Positions 1 through 8,556 of a stretch of 64,000 nt of DNA are shown piece after piece. The stretch's first letter is position 1, and every line of letters starts with the position of its first letter. A program made the translations under genes and the position numbers. A model generated the notes under the pieces. It was not told the DNA's origin. It ran no database searches and was given only the letters and a program-made list of their open reading frames with translations. The stretch is from Terriglobia bacterium (lineage in GTDB: Bacteria; Acidobacteriota; Terriglobia; 20CM-2-55-15), in contig CBDAOY010000009.1 in assembly GCA_965198225.1 (NCBI GenBank), forward strand, positions 1,056,001-1,120,000. The letters run 5' to 3'.

Positions 1-1
1 C

Positions 2-550
2 TACATACGTCTGCGACGGAAGACGGCCTCATCGCCGATCCGGCTCGAAGTGGCTGGATACACCGCGCCCGACCACGGGGATTACATGGCGGGCATCGAA
101 GGCACGCTCGGGGAGGCCGGACTCGCAGACGAGTTCTCCTACCGTGGAGTCGTCGACCGCGAAGGCAAGCTCGGTTTCCTTCAGAGCCTCGACGTGCTGT
201 CGGTACCCGCGACCTATGACGAGCCTAAAGGGATGTTCCTACTCGAGGCGATGGCGAACGGAGTGCCGGTCGTTCAGCCTCGCCGGGGAGCTTTCACGGA
301 GATCGTCGAGAAGACCGGCGGCGGACGGCTGGTTGAACCGGACGATCCCGACAGCCTGGCGGACGAGCTCTATAACCTGTGGCAGGATCGTTCGAAGGTC
401 GCATCACTTGCGGAACGGGCCTACCGGGAGGTCCGGGAACATTACACCGTGGGCCATTCGGCATCGAGACTGCTCGACGTGTACGGGGACCTCCTTGCGG
501 CCGGCAACAAATCCCTTACCGGGCCCTCACAGATTGTCGCCGGAGATTGA
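2..550 (+). CDS. Glycosyltransferase family 4 (GT-B), C-terminal part, truncated by window start
   Basis: Frame open from position 2; GT4 motif SVPATYDEPKGMFLLEAMANGVPVV. Confidence 0.9.
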   Translation, partial: YIRLRRKTASSPIRLEVAGYTAPDHGDYMAGIEGTLGEAGLADEFSYRGVVDREGKLGFLQSLDVLSVPATYDEPKGMFLLEAMANGVPVVQPRRGAFTEIVEKTGGGRLVEPDDPDSLADELYNLWQDRSKVASLAERAYREVREHYTVGHSASRLLDVYGDLLAAGNKSLTGPSQIVAGD

Positions 551-552
551 CG

Positions 553-1233
553 TTGCTGGAAGTTTCCAGGCTAGGCAAGCAATACGAGACGCCCCGCGGG
601 CCGCTGACGATCCTGTCGGACGTGAGCTTCTCGATGGCCGGCGGAGACGCGGCCGCCATCATGGGCCCCTCAGGTAGCGGGAAGAGCACCCTCCTCTATA
701 TTCTGGGGGCGCTGGACCCTCCCACGTCCGGGTCGGTTACGCTCGACTCGCAGAATCCTTTCACTCTGTCGGAGAAGGAACAGGCCGCGTTTCGCAACGA
801 ACGCGTCGGGTTCGTTTTTCAGGATCATTGCCTCCTGCCGCAGTGCACCGTCGTCGAGAACGTCCTCACACCGACACTCGTTCACCCGCGTCACGCCGGC
901 GAGAAGGCGCGCTTCAGTGAGCGCGCCCGCGAGCTCCTCGGAGCCGTCGGCCTCGCGGATCGCGTGGAGCACTTGCCCTCCGAGCTCTCCGGCGGGGAAA
1001 AGCAACGCGTGGCGCTGGCCCGGGCTCTGATCTGTGAGCCCGACCTGCTGCTGTGCGATGAGCCGACAGGTAACCTCGACCGATCCGCGGCCGAGACGGT
1101 CGCCGAGATGATGCTCGACATGCACCGGCAGCAACAGAGGGTGCTGGTGGTCGTCACCCACAATCCGGAGCTTGCGGCCCGGTTGCCGATACAATTCGAC
1201 TTGATCGGCCACCGCCTCGAGCGGCGGTCCTGA
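553..1233 (+). CDS. ABC transporter ATP-binding protein (LolD/MacB-like)
   Basis: Walker A GPSGSGKST, signature LSGGEKQRVALARAL, Walker B LLLCDEPTGNLD, H-loop VTHN; TTG start inferred from GGAG at 542-545. Confidence 0.93.
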   Translation: MLEVSRLGKQYETPRGPLTILSDVSFSMAGGDAAAIMGPSGSGKSTLLYILGALDPPTSGSVTLDSQNPFTLSEKEQAAFRNERVGFVFQDHCLLPQCTVVENVLTPTLVHPRHAGEKARFSERARELLGAVGLADRVEHLPSELSGGEKQRVALARALICEPDLLLCDEPTGNLDRSAAETVAEMMLDMHRQQQRVLVVVTHNPELAARLPIQFDLIGHRLERRS

Positions 1234-1237
1234 TGTT

Positions 1238-4200
1238 ATGACGAAGATGCAACTCTTCTACCGCAACCTCACTCATTACTGGCGGACAAACCTCGCCGTA
1301 ATCGCGGGCGTTGCCGCCGCGGTAGCGGTGCTTGCCGGTGCGCTTCTGGTGGGAGATTCGGTGCGGGCGAGCCTGCGCGACCTCGTACTGATGCGCCTGG
1401 GCGAGACTTCATTCGTCATCACTTCGGAGAACTTCTTCCGCGAGGGACTCGCCGGTGAACTGTCAGCGAGACCGGACTTTCAGAGTTCATTCGCCGACGC
1501 GGCTCCGCTTATAGCGCTCGACGGCGTCGTGTCACACGAGAACAGCGGCCGGAGGGCCTCGGGCGTGCTGGTCTACGGCGTGGACGACCGTTTCTGGGTG
1601 TTCAACCGACGGACGGGACCGCCACTCGAGAGCCGGGAAATCCTTCTGAGTCCCAGCCTCGCCGCCGAGTTCGGCGCGGTGGCGGGGGATTCGGTCCTGG
1701 TTCGGGTCCGGAAACCCTCGGCTGTGGCTGTGGACTCGGTGCATAGCGACAAGGACTCGTTCGGCGCCTCGCTGCGGGTGAGTGTCGCCGCGACTCTTGA
1801 CGCCGATGAGCTCGGGGAGTTCACCGTGCGGCCTCAACAGGGAGCCGTACGGGCCGTTTTCGTTCCGCTCGAGCGATTGCAGAGTGCGTTGGAGCAGCCG
1901 GGGAAGGTGAACGGGATCCTCGTCTCGGACCGCCGGGAACTCTCGACGGGCGCCGACCCCGAGGCAAGGCGCGGGCAGCTCGAAGATCTGCTGCGTTCCA
2001 CGTATGCGTTGATAGACCTCGACGTGCAGGTCATCGAGCTACCCACCCGGGGCCCTGGCCTCGAGTTGTCTGTTGAAAGCGGGCGCGTGACGCTGGATGA
2101 CCGCGTCGCCGAGGCGACGCGGTCGGCGATCCTCGAGCTGGGCTGGGAGACGACGGGCGTGTTCACATACCTTGCGAACACGATTCGCATCGGAAGCCGC
2201 GAAGTGCCGTACTCGCTCGTCTCGGCCGTGGACGGTGAGGCGTTCGCTTCGCTCCCCGGCGGAACCGGTCCACAATCCGAAGAGGATCCACCGCCCCTCT
2301 GGTTGAACGAATGGGCATGGAACGACCTCGGCGCAAGCCCGGGCGAGACGGTCGAGTTGGAATACTACGTGTGGCACGAAGGCGGCCGACTCGAAACGAG
2401 AACAGCGGAATTCCGGCTGGTGGCGTCAGTCGAGATGACCGGGCTCGGTGGCGACCGGAGGCTCGCTCCCACCTTTCCGGGCTTGTCGGATTCACCCACG
2501 GTAGCCGACTGGGATCCCCCGTTTCCGGTCGATCTTGATCGTATTCGACCGAGGGACGAGGACTACTGGGAACAATACCGCACCGCGCCGAAGGCATTCA
2601 TCCCTCTGGATGTCGGACAGCAATTGTGGAGGACGCGATACGGAGAGCTGACTGCGTTGCGCCTGAGTCCCCCACCGGAGACTCCGAGCGGTGTGGCGCT
2701 GGCCAGAACCGAACTGGAAGTGCGGGAAAGGCTCGATCCCGTAGCTGCCGGCATGGCCGTCTATGCTGCCCGTGCTGCCGGTACCCGGTCGTCGAGCGGG
2801 GCGATCGACTTCGGTCTCTACTTCATCTCCTTCAGTTTCTTCATCGTTGTTTCAGCCGTACTGCTGGCCAGTCTTTTCTTCCGTCTCGGCGTTGAGCAGC
2901 GGTTGCGCGAAATCGGACTTCTGGAAGCTGTCGGGTTCGGGGCCGCCGACATCCGCCGGCTGTTCGTCGGGGAGGGAATACTCCTGTCCGCACTCGGCAG
3001 CCTGATCGGAGTTGCCGGAGCCGTGGCGTACGGCGCTGTGATGATGTACGGCCTGCGGACCTGGTGGGTCGACGGTGTCGGGACCACGTTCCTGCGGCTC
3101 GAGATCGCCCCGTTGTCCCTGGTGATCGGATTCGTGGGTGGCATGGCCACCGCGGCTGCCTGCATCTGGTGGACGCTTCGCGGATTGCGGTCTCTTTCGC
3201 CCAGAAGCCTCATTGCCGGTTCGAGCGAGGCGGCACCCGTACCGGCTTCGAAGAGACGCAATGTCTGGCGGTGGGCGGCGGCGGCCACACTGGCGGCATT
3301 CGCCCTGCTGGGGGCGTCATGGGTCGAGTGGCTCGACGTCGCCGCCGGCTTCTTCGGAGCCGGGGCCCTGTTGCTCACGGCTTCGCTGTGTGCGGGGTGG
3401 GGATGGCTCGCTTCCAGGAAGCGCCAGGTTGTGCTGGGTGCAACCGGAGGGGTGGTGCGGATGGGTTTCCGGAACGCCTCGTGGCGCCCCGGCCGGAGCC
3501 TGCTCTCGATCGGGATGATGGCGTCGGCCGCTTTCATCATCGTTTCCGTGGACGCTTTCCGTCGGGAGATTCCAGAGGGATTCGACCGAAGTTCCGGCAC
3601 AGGCGGCTTCGCTTTGCTCGCCGAATCACTGTTGCCGGTTGCCTACGACCTGAACACCGATGCCGGCCGGCGGGGCGCGGGTTTCGATGACGAGGAACTC
3701 AACACGCTCCGAGCCGCCCGGTTTTTCTCTTTCCGTCTCCGCCCCGGAGAGGATGTCAGTTGCCTCAACCTCTATCAGCCCCAAAACCCGCGTGTCCTCG
3801 GCGTGCCGGATGAACTGATCGAGGAAGGCCGCTTTTCTTTCCAGAGTTCCCTGGCATCCACTCCTGACGAACGCGCCAACCCCTGGGCATTGCTCAACAC
3901 GCAATTTCCAGACGGCGCAGTCCCGGCTATCGCAGACGCCCACACCCTGACCTACATCCTCAAGCGCAAGCCCGGCGAGGATTTCGTGTTCCAGCATGAG
4001 GGGCGATCCCTGCGTCTGCGCCTCGTGGCGGCCCTGGCCGACAGCATATTCCAGAGCGAGTTGCTGATTGCCGAGAGTAACTTCATGAGCCTGTTCCCGT
4101 ACCATTCCGCGTTTCGCATTTTCCTGATCGATTCGGAAGCCGACCGAATCGCCGATGTTGCCTCGGCACTGGAAGAAGGGCTTGCCGACTCCGGCCTGGA

Positions 4201-4627
4201 TGTGATTCCGGCGCGAGAGAGGCTGGAAACGTTCCACCGCGTCGAGAGCACCTACATTTCGACGTTCCAGTCGCTGGGTGGTCTGGGACTCCTGCTCGGA
4301 ACGCTGGGTTTGTCGGCAGTCATGCTGCGGAATGTGTTTGAACGGCGGAGAGAGATGGCGCTGCTTCGCGCCACGGGCTACCGGGCTTCGGATCTGGCGA
4401 CGCTCGTGGTTGCTGAGAACACCGTCCTCCTTTTCGGGGGGCTACTGAGCGGCGTCGTCGCGGCCGGGCTCGCAATCATGCCGGCGCTACTGGCCCGGGG
4501 CACAATTCCCGGCGGTTCGCTGGCCTGGATGCTCGTCGGAGTGGTTCTGGTCGGGCTGCTGTCGTCGGTTGCCGCGGTGATTGCCCTGTTGCGGGCGCCG
4601 TTGCTGGCAGACCTGCGGTCCGAATAG
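1238..4627 (+). CDS. ABC transporter permease, duplicated FtsX/MacB-type
   Basis: 1129 aa; two TM clusters with EQRLREIGLLEAVGF and ERRREMALLRATGY motifs and large periplasmic domains; directly follows the ATPase. Confidence 0.9.
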   Translation: MTKMQLFYRNLTHYWRTNLAVIAGVAAAVAVLAGALLVGDSVRASLRDLVLMRLGETSFVITSENFFREGLAGELSARPDFQSSFADAAPLIALDGVVSHENSGRRASGVLVYGVDDRFWVFNRRTGPPLESREILLSPSLAAEFGAVAGDSVLVRVRKPSAVAVDSVHSDKDSFGASLRVSVAATLDADELGEFTVRPQQGAVRAVFVPLERLQSALEQPGKVNGILVSDRRELSTGADPEARRGQLEDLLRSTYALIDLDVQVIELPTRGPGLELSVESGRVTLDDRVAEATRSAILELGWETTGVFTYLANTIRIGSREVPYSLVSAVDGEAFASLPGGTGPQSEEDPPPLWLNEWAWNDLGASPGETVELEYYVWHEGGRLETRTAEFRLVASVEMTGLGGDRRLAPTFPGLSDSPTVADWDPPFPVDLDRIRPRDEDYWEQYRTAPKAFIPLDVGQQLWRTRYGELTALRLSPPPETPSGVALARTELEVRERLDPVAAGMAVYAARAAGTRSSSGAIDFGLYFISFSFFIVVSAVLLASLFFRLGVEQRLREIGLLEAVGFGAADIRRLFVGEGILLSALGSLIGVAGAVAYGAVMMYGLRTWWVDGVGTTFLRLEIAPLSLVIGFVGGMATAAACIWWTLRGLRSLSPRSLIAGSSEAAPVPASKRRNVWRWAAAATLAAFALLGASWVEWLDVAAGFFGAGALLLTASLCAGWGWLASRKRQVVLGATGGVVRMGFRNASWRPGRSLLSIGMMASAAFIIVSVDAFRREIPEGFDRSSGTGGFALLAESLLPVAYDLNTDAGRRGAGFDDEELNTLRAARFFSFRLRPGEDVSCLNLYQPQNPRVLGVPDELIEEGRFSFQSSLASTPDERANPWALLNTQFPDGAVPAIADAHTLTYILKRKPGEDFVFQHEGRSLRLRLVAALADSIFQSELLIAESNFMSLFPYHSAFRIFLIDSEADRIADVASALEEGLADSGLDVIPARERLETFHRVESTYISTFQSLGGLGLLLGTLGLSAVMLRNVFERRREMALLRATGYRASDLATLVVAENTVLLFGGLLSGVVAAGLAIMPALLARGTIPGGSLAWMLVGVVLVGLLSSVAAVIALLRAPLLADLRSE

Positions 4628-4630
4628 CCC

Positions 4631-4659
4631 GTGTAGGTGCGGTCTATGACCGCACCTAC
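4631..4659. repeat. GTAG-family REP, collapsed perfect palindrome
   Basis: GTAGGTGCGGTC-TAT-GACCGCACCTAC, 12-bp stem; same core recurs at five other loci. Confidence 0.85.
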
Positions 4660-4747
4660 CTCGGTTTTGGGCATTTGGGCGTGCTTCAATAGCGAGTCTG
4701 TCGTCCCCGTTGGTGATAGACTTCCGCGAATCCAAATAGGAGAACCC

Positions 4748-6022
4748 GTGCGAATCCCAGCACTTCTTATCGTCTTGTCGATTGCGGCCGTTCTGGTGTG
4801 GCCCTCCCTGATCCAAAGCCAGGACCCCGGCGTCGCGATGATCGCGGTCGAGGGAGAAGGCGATCAGTATTGGCCGCGCTGGCGTGGGCCTTCCGGGCAA
4901 GGGCTCGCCAACGGCAACGACTATCCGGATACCTGGTCCGCAACCGAGAACATCGTCTGGAAGACGCCGGTTCCGGGAAGAGGGAATTCGTCGCCGATCG
5001 TGTGGGGCGACCGCATCTTTCTGACGACCGCATACGGCGGCGGGGAACGATTCTCCCTCCTTGCCTTTCGACGCTCGGACGGGGTGCGGCTCTGGGAGAG
5101 CTTCGCTCCCAGGGGGCGGTCGGAGTCGGTTCATCGCAAGAACGGGCATGCATCCGCGACGGCCGTGACCGACGGAGAGCGCATCTACGTCTCCTTCGGC
5201 GCCCGCGGACTGATGGCCTTCAACATGGACGGAGGGATCGTCTGGCACCGGGATCTGGGCGGGATGAGCAACTACCACGGTACCGCCGGTTCGCCGCTGC
5301 TCTACCGGAACCGGATCATCCTGTACCAGGATCAGCGTTCCGGTTCGTTCGTCGCCTCATTCGACACGCGTACGGGTGAAGAAATATGGCGGACGGCGCG
5401 GAACGCCAGCGTGGGATGGGGCACTCCCGTTGCGATCCGGGCCGGCGATCACGACGAGATCATCGTCAGCAGCCAGCGTCGCGTGCAGGCCTACGATCCC
5501 GACACGGGCCGGGAACTATGGCGGTGCGGCGGCAATCTCTTCGAAGTCATCCCGACGCCCGTCGTCGGTCACGGAATGGTCTTCTGTTCGTCCGGCCGGG
5601 CCGGCCCGACACTTGCCATCCGCCCGGGTGGAAGCGGCGACGTGACCGACAGCCACCTGGTGTGGAGTAGTCCGAGAGGTTCGCCTTTCGTTCCATCTCC
5701 TCTCCTTTACGGGGAGTATCTCTACATCGTGAACGACATGGCGGCGATTGCGACCTGCTTCGAGGCCGCTACGGGAGAGGTCAAGTGGCAGGGGCGACTC
5801 GGCGTCGCACAGCGCGAAGGGTTTTCGGCTTCGCCCGTTGCCGTGGACGGCAAGGTGTTTTTCACGAATGACAACGGTGAGACCTTCGTCCTCCGCGCCG
5901 GACCCGAGTTCGAACTGCTTCACGTGAACGACATCGGCGAACGGACACTGGCGTCGCCGGCACTGGTCGACGGTCGCTGGTACATCCGGACCGAGCGGAA
6001 CCTGATCGGGATCGGCAGCTGA
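4748..6022 (+). CDS. Exported PQQ-like/BamB-like beta-propeller protein
   Basis: AGGAG RBS and GTG start, signal peptide, WPRWRGP motif, repeated SP..D..TG..W blades. Confidence 0.88.
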   Translation: MRIPALLIVLSIAAVLVWPSLIQSQDPGVAMIAVEGEGDQYWPRWRGPSGQGLANGNDYPDTWSATENIVWKTPVPGRGNSSPIVWGDRIFLTTAYGGGERFSLLAFRRSDGVRLWESFAPRGRSESVHRKNGHASATAVTDGERIYVSFGARGLMAFNMDGGIVWHRDLGGMSNYHGTAGSPLLYRNRIILYQDQRSGSFVASFDTRTGEEIWRTARNASVGWGTPVAIRAGDHDEIIVSSQRRVQAYDPDTGRELWRCGGNLFEVIPTPVVGHGMVFCSSGRAGPTLAIRPGGSGDVTDSHLVWSSPRGSPFVPSPLLYGEYLYIVNDMAAIATCFEAATGEVKWQGRLGVAQREGFSASPVAVDGKVFFTNDNGETFVLRAGPEFELLHVNDIGERTLASPALVDGRWYIRTERNLIGIGS

Positions 6023-6039
6023 CGTCGGCTCGAGTCTTG

Positions 6040-6111
6040 GGTGTAGGTGCGGTCTATGACCGCACATTTTTCGAACCGCAACAACGTGCGCTCACAGAGC
6101 GCACCTACACC
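6040..6111. repeat. REPIN (inverted REP doublet)
   Basis: GGTGTAGGTGCGGTCTATGACCGCAC ... GTGCGCTCACAGAGCGCACCTACACC. Confidence 0.85.
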
Positions 6112-6189
6112 TCTGTAACCAGAACACCAAAGTCAACGTAGGCTAGAATAAGCGGTAGGACCGACTCTCGCTGCCCTAGGAGGAGAACT

Positions 6190-7455
6190 TTGCGAACGCG
6201 CGTGTTCCTGAGCGTCATTGTCATACTCAGTGCTGTGACTCTGGGCTTTACCGGAGACAACTGGCCGCACTGGCGCGGCCCGTTGCACAACGGAGTCAGC
6301 GACGAAACCGGTCTCCCGCTAAGATGGAGCACCGAAGAGAACATCGCATGGAAGCTCGATCTGCCGGGTCGCAGTGGGGCGACGCCGATCATCTGGGGCG
6401 ATCGTATCTTCATCAACGTCTCCGACGACGAGAGTATCGAACTCTGGTGTGTCCATCGCAGGACCGGCGATGTGATCTGGAAGAAGGTGCTCGGTGGCGG
6501 CAACCGGCGGATCCGGAAGCACAATCACGCGACTCCTTCACCGGTAACCGACGGTGAAAGCGTCTGGGTGATGACAGGGACCGGCCTGCTGCGCCGGCTC
6601 GATTTCGACGGCAACGAGATCTGGAAGCGCGACCTCCAGTCGGACCACGGTCCATTCGGCCTGAACTGGGGATACGGTTCCTCTCCCTTTCTGCATGGCG
6701 ACTCCCTCTACATCCAGGTCCTGCATGGGATGCGGACGGATGATCCGTCCTACCTGCTTCGCATCAACAAGGCGACCGGCAAGACGTTGTGGCGAGTCGA
6801 ACGTCCGACCCAGGCCAGACGTGAGTCACCCGATTCATACACGACGCCTCAGTTGGTCCGGACCGAGCGCGGTCTGGAACTCGTGATCACGGGCGGAGAC
6901 TGTGTCACTGGCCACGATCTGGAAACCGGGAGGGAACTGTGGCGGGCGAACGGTCTGAATCCGCGCAACCGCGGGAACTATCGGATCGTTGCTTCGGCGC
7001 TGATTCTCGGCGATATCGTGTTTGCTCCAAGCCGAGGGAGGCCCCTGCTTGTCGTGCGTGCCGGCGGCAGGGGCGATGTGACCACCTCTCATTTCCTGTG
7101 GCAGACCAACAACGGGCCCGATGTGCCGACGCCGGTCAGCGACGGCAAGTATCTCTATGTTGTGCGGGACAACGGGGTGATCTTTTGCTACGACGCGCGA
7201 ACCGGCGCGGAGATATACGGCCAACATCGGCTCAAGTCGGGAACCTATAGCTCCTCGCCGGTGCTGGCGGACGGCCGGATCTATCTCACGAACGAGGATG
7301 GCGTCACGACGGTGATTCGGCAGGGGCCGAAGTTCGAGGTTCTGGCCGAGAACGATCTGGACGGCTACACCCTCAGCTCCCCCGCCATCGTGAACGGTCA
7401 GATCTTCATCCGGACCGACTTCGCGCTCTGGGCCGTGGGCCAGCCGCGCGACTAG
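6190..7455 (+). CDS. Exported PQQ-like/BamB-like beta-propeller protein
   Basis: AGGAGGAG RBS and TTG start, signal peptide, NWPHWRGP motif, propeller repeats; paralog of 4748-6022. Confidence 0.88.
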   Translation: MRTRVFLSVIVILSAVTLGFTGDNWPHWRGPLHNGVSDETGLPLRWSTEENIAWKLDLPGRSGATPIIWGDRIFINVSDDESIELWCVHRRTGDVIWKKVLGGGNRRIRKHNHATPSPVTDGESVWVMTGTGLLRRLDFDGNEIWKRDLQSDHGPFGLNWGYGSSPFLHGDSLYIQVLHGMRTDDPSYLLRINKATGKTLWRVERPTQARRESPDSYTTPQLVRTERGLELVITGGDCVTGHDLETGRELWRANGLNPRNRGNYRIVASALILGDIVFAPSRGRPLLVVRAGGRGDVTTSHFLWQTNNGPDVPTPVSDGKYLYVVRDNGVIFCYDARTGAEIYGQHRLKSGTYSSSPVLADGRIYLTNEDGVTTVIRQGPKFEVLAENDLDGYTLSSPAIVNGQIFIRTDFALWAVGQPRD

Positions 7456-7527
7456 TGTAGGAGCGCTCTATGAACGCACAAATGCCCCCGAAACCACGAC
7501 TTGTGCGGTCATAGACCGCACCTGCAC
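7455..7527. repeat. REPIN (inverted REP doublet, slightly degenerate)
   Basis: GTGTAGGAGCGCTCTATGAACGCAC ... GTGCGGTCATAGACCGCACCTGCAC. Confidence 0.8.
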
Positions 7528-7552
7528 TTCCTGAGCAACATCTCTCGCTCGG

Positions 7553-7632
7553 GTGTAGGGGCGCTCTATGAGCGCACATGGTTTCGGTTCGAAGAATGTG
7601 CGGTCACAGACTGTCACAGACCGCACCTACAC
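7553..7632. repeat. REPIN with internal 10-bp duplication
   Basis: GTGTAGGGGCGCTCTATGAGCGCAC ... GTGCG-GTCACAGACT-GTCACAGACC-GCACCTACAC, between convergent genes. Confidence 0.82.
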
Positions 7633-7637
7633 TGTGC

Positions 7638-8480
7638 TCACCTGATTGCAGACGGGTTCTCGGCCTTCCATTCGTCGTAACGCATCCGTAGCGTCCTGAC
7701 CGGGTTGCCGTCTTCGTGCGGTTCCGTGGTGGTCGGTATGACGGTGATGAACAGCGCGTAGTCCCCGTCGTTCCAGGGCTGGATCCGGTCTTCCGGTGGG
7801 TTCCCGACATGAGTGCCCAGCGCGTTGTCCGGGTCGGCTGCCAGGATGTAAGCCACATGCGCCGTCTTGCCCGAACACGGTGCATCGGCGAGAGGCTCGC
7901 GGTCGCAGGTGCACCTCCGGTCTCCACCCAGCGAGTCCGCCTTTTCCATCGCCGCCATCACCCGATCCGTGATGGGACCCGGGGTTTCCGCAAGGACACG
8001 GGCGGCCTCGATCATGGCTGCGGGCCGGGCGATGCTGTTCCCCTGCACCGAATAGAAGATGTTTGCCGCCGGCACTTCCCCCTGGACGTCGAGGGAAATC
8101 TGTCCGTTGGAGGAGCCGGAACGGCCCGCGCTGCGACCCTGCAGGTCCACGATTCCGAACTGGCGCCTTTCGATGTCCGGGTCCGATTCGAGCATCCGGA
8201 TGATCTCGCTCGGGTGGGTGCCGTTCTGCAGTCCGTCGAAAACAACCATGTGGTTCCGATGAGTCGGGTCGACGCCGGCCTGGCAGGCGGCGACTCCCTT
8301 TCCGGGCACGACGACGGCTTGAAGCACTTTCAACCGGTCCGGCGTCGTGCTCGCGGCACACGTCGCCGACGCGATGACGACGCGTCCGGTGTTTCTATCG
8401 ACCGCGACGATCGACCAGGTTGCCCACGCCGTCGATTCCACAAGCACTGTAAGGAGTAAGACACAAAGGAAACGTCTCAT
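7638..8480 (-). CDS. Exported DUF1028-family protein (Ntn-hydrolase-like fold)
   Basis: Signal peptide ending AWA followed by TWSIVAVD; RQFGIVD, QGN and GGDRRC motifs. Confidence 0.82.
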   Translation of the reverse strand: MRRFLCVLLLTVLVESTAWATWSIVAVDRNTGRVVIASATCAASTTPDRLKVLQAVVVPGKGVAACQAGVDPTHRNHMVVFDGLQNGTHPSEIIRMLESDPDIERRQFGIVDLQGRSAGRSGSSNGQISLDVQGEVPAANIFYSVQGNSIARPAAMIEAARVLAETPGPITDRVMAAMEKADSLGGDRRCTCDREPLADAPCSGKTAHVAYILAADPDNALGTHVGNPPEDRIQPWNDGDYALFITVIPTTTEPHEDGNPVRTLRMRYDEWKAENPSAIR

Positions 8481-8556
8481 CGGTGTCCTCTTGTCTCATC
8501 AGCGCGCGCCGGCAGCCTGTTGGCTGGCGTGGCGCAGCTGATGTTTTTGGGTCGAA

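Noticed and set aside
7455-7632. REP cluster as a mini CRISPR array
   Set aside because: Units alternate in orientation, spacers are irregular, copies are dispersed and there are no cas genes
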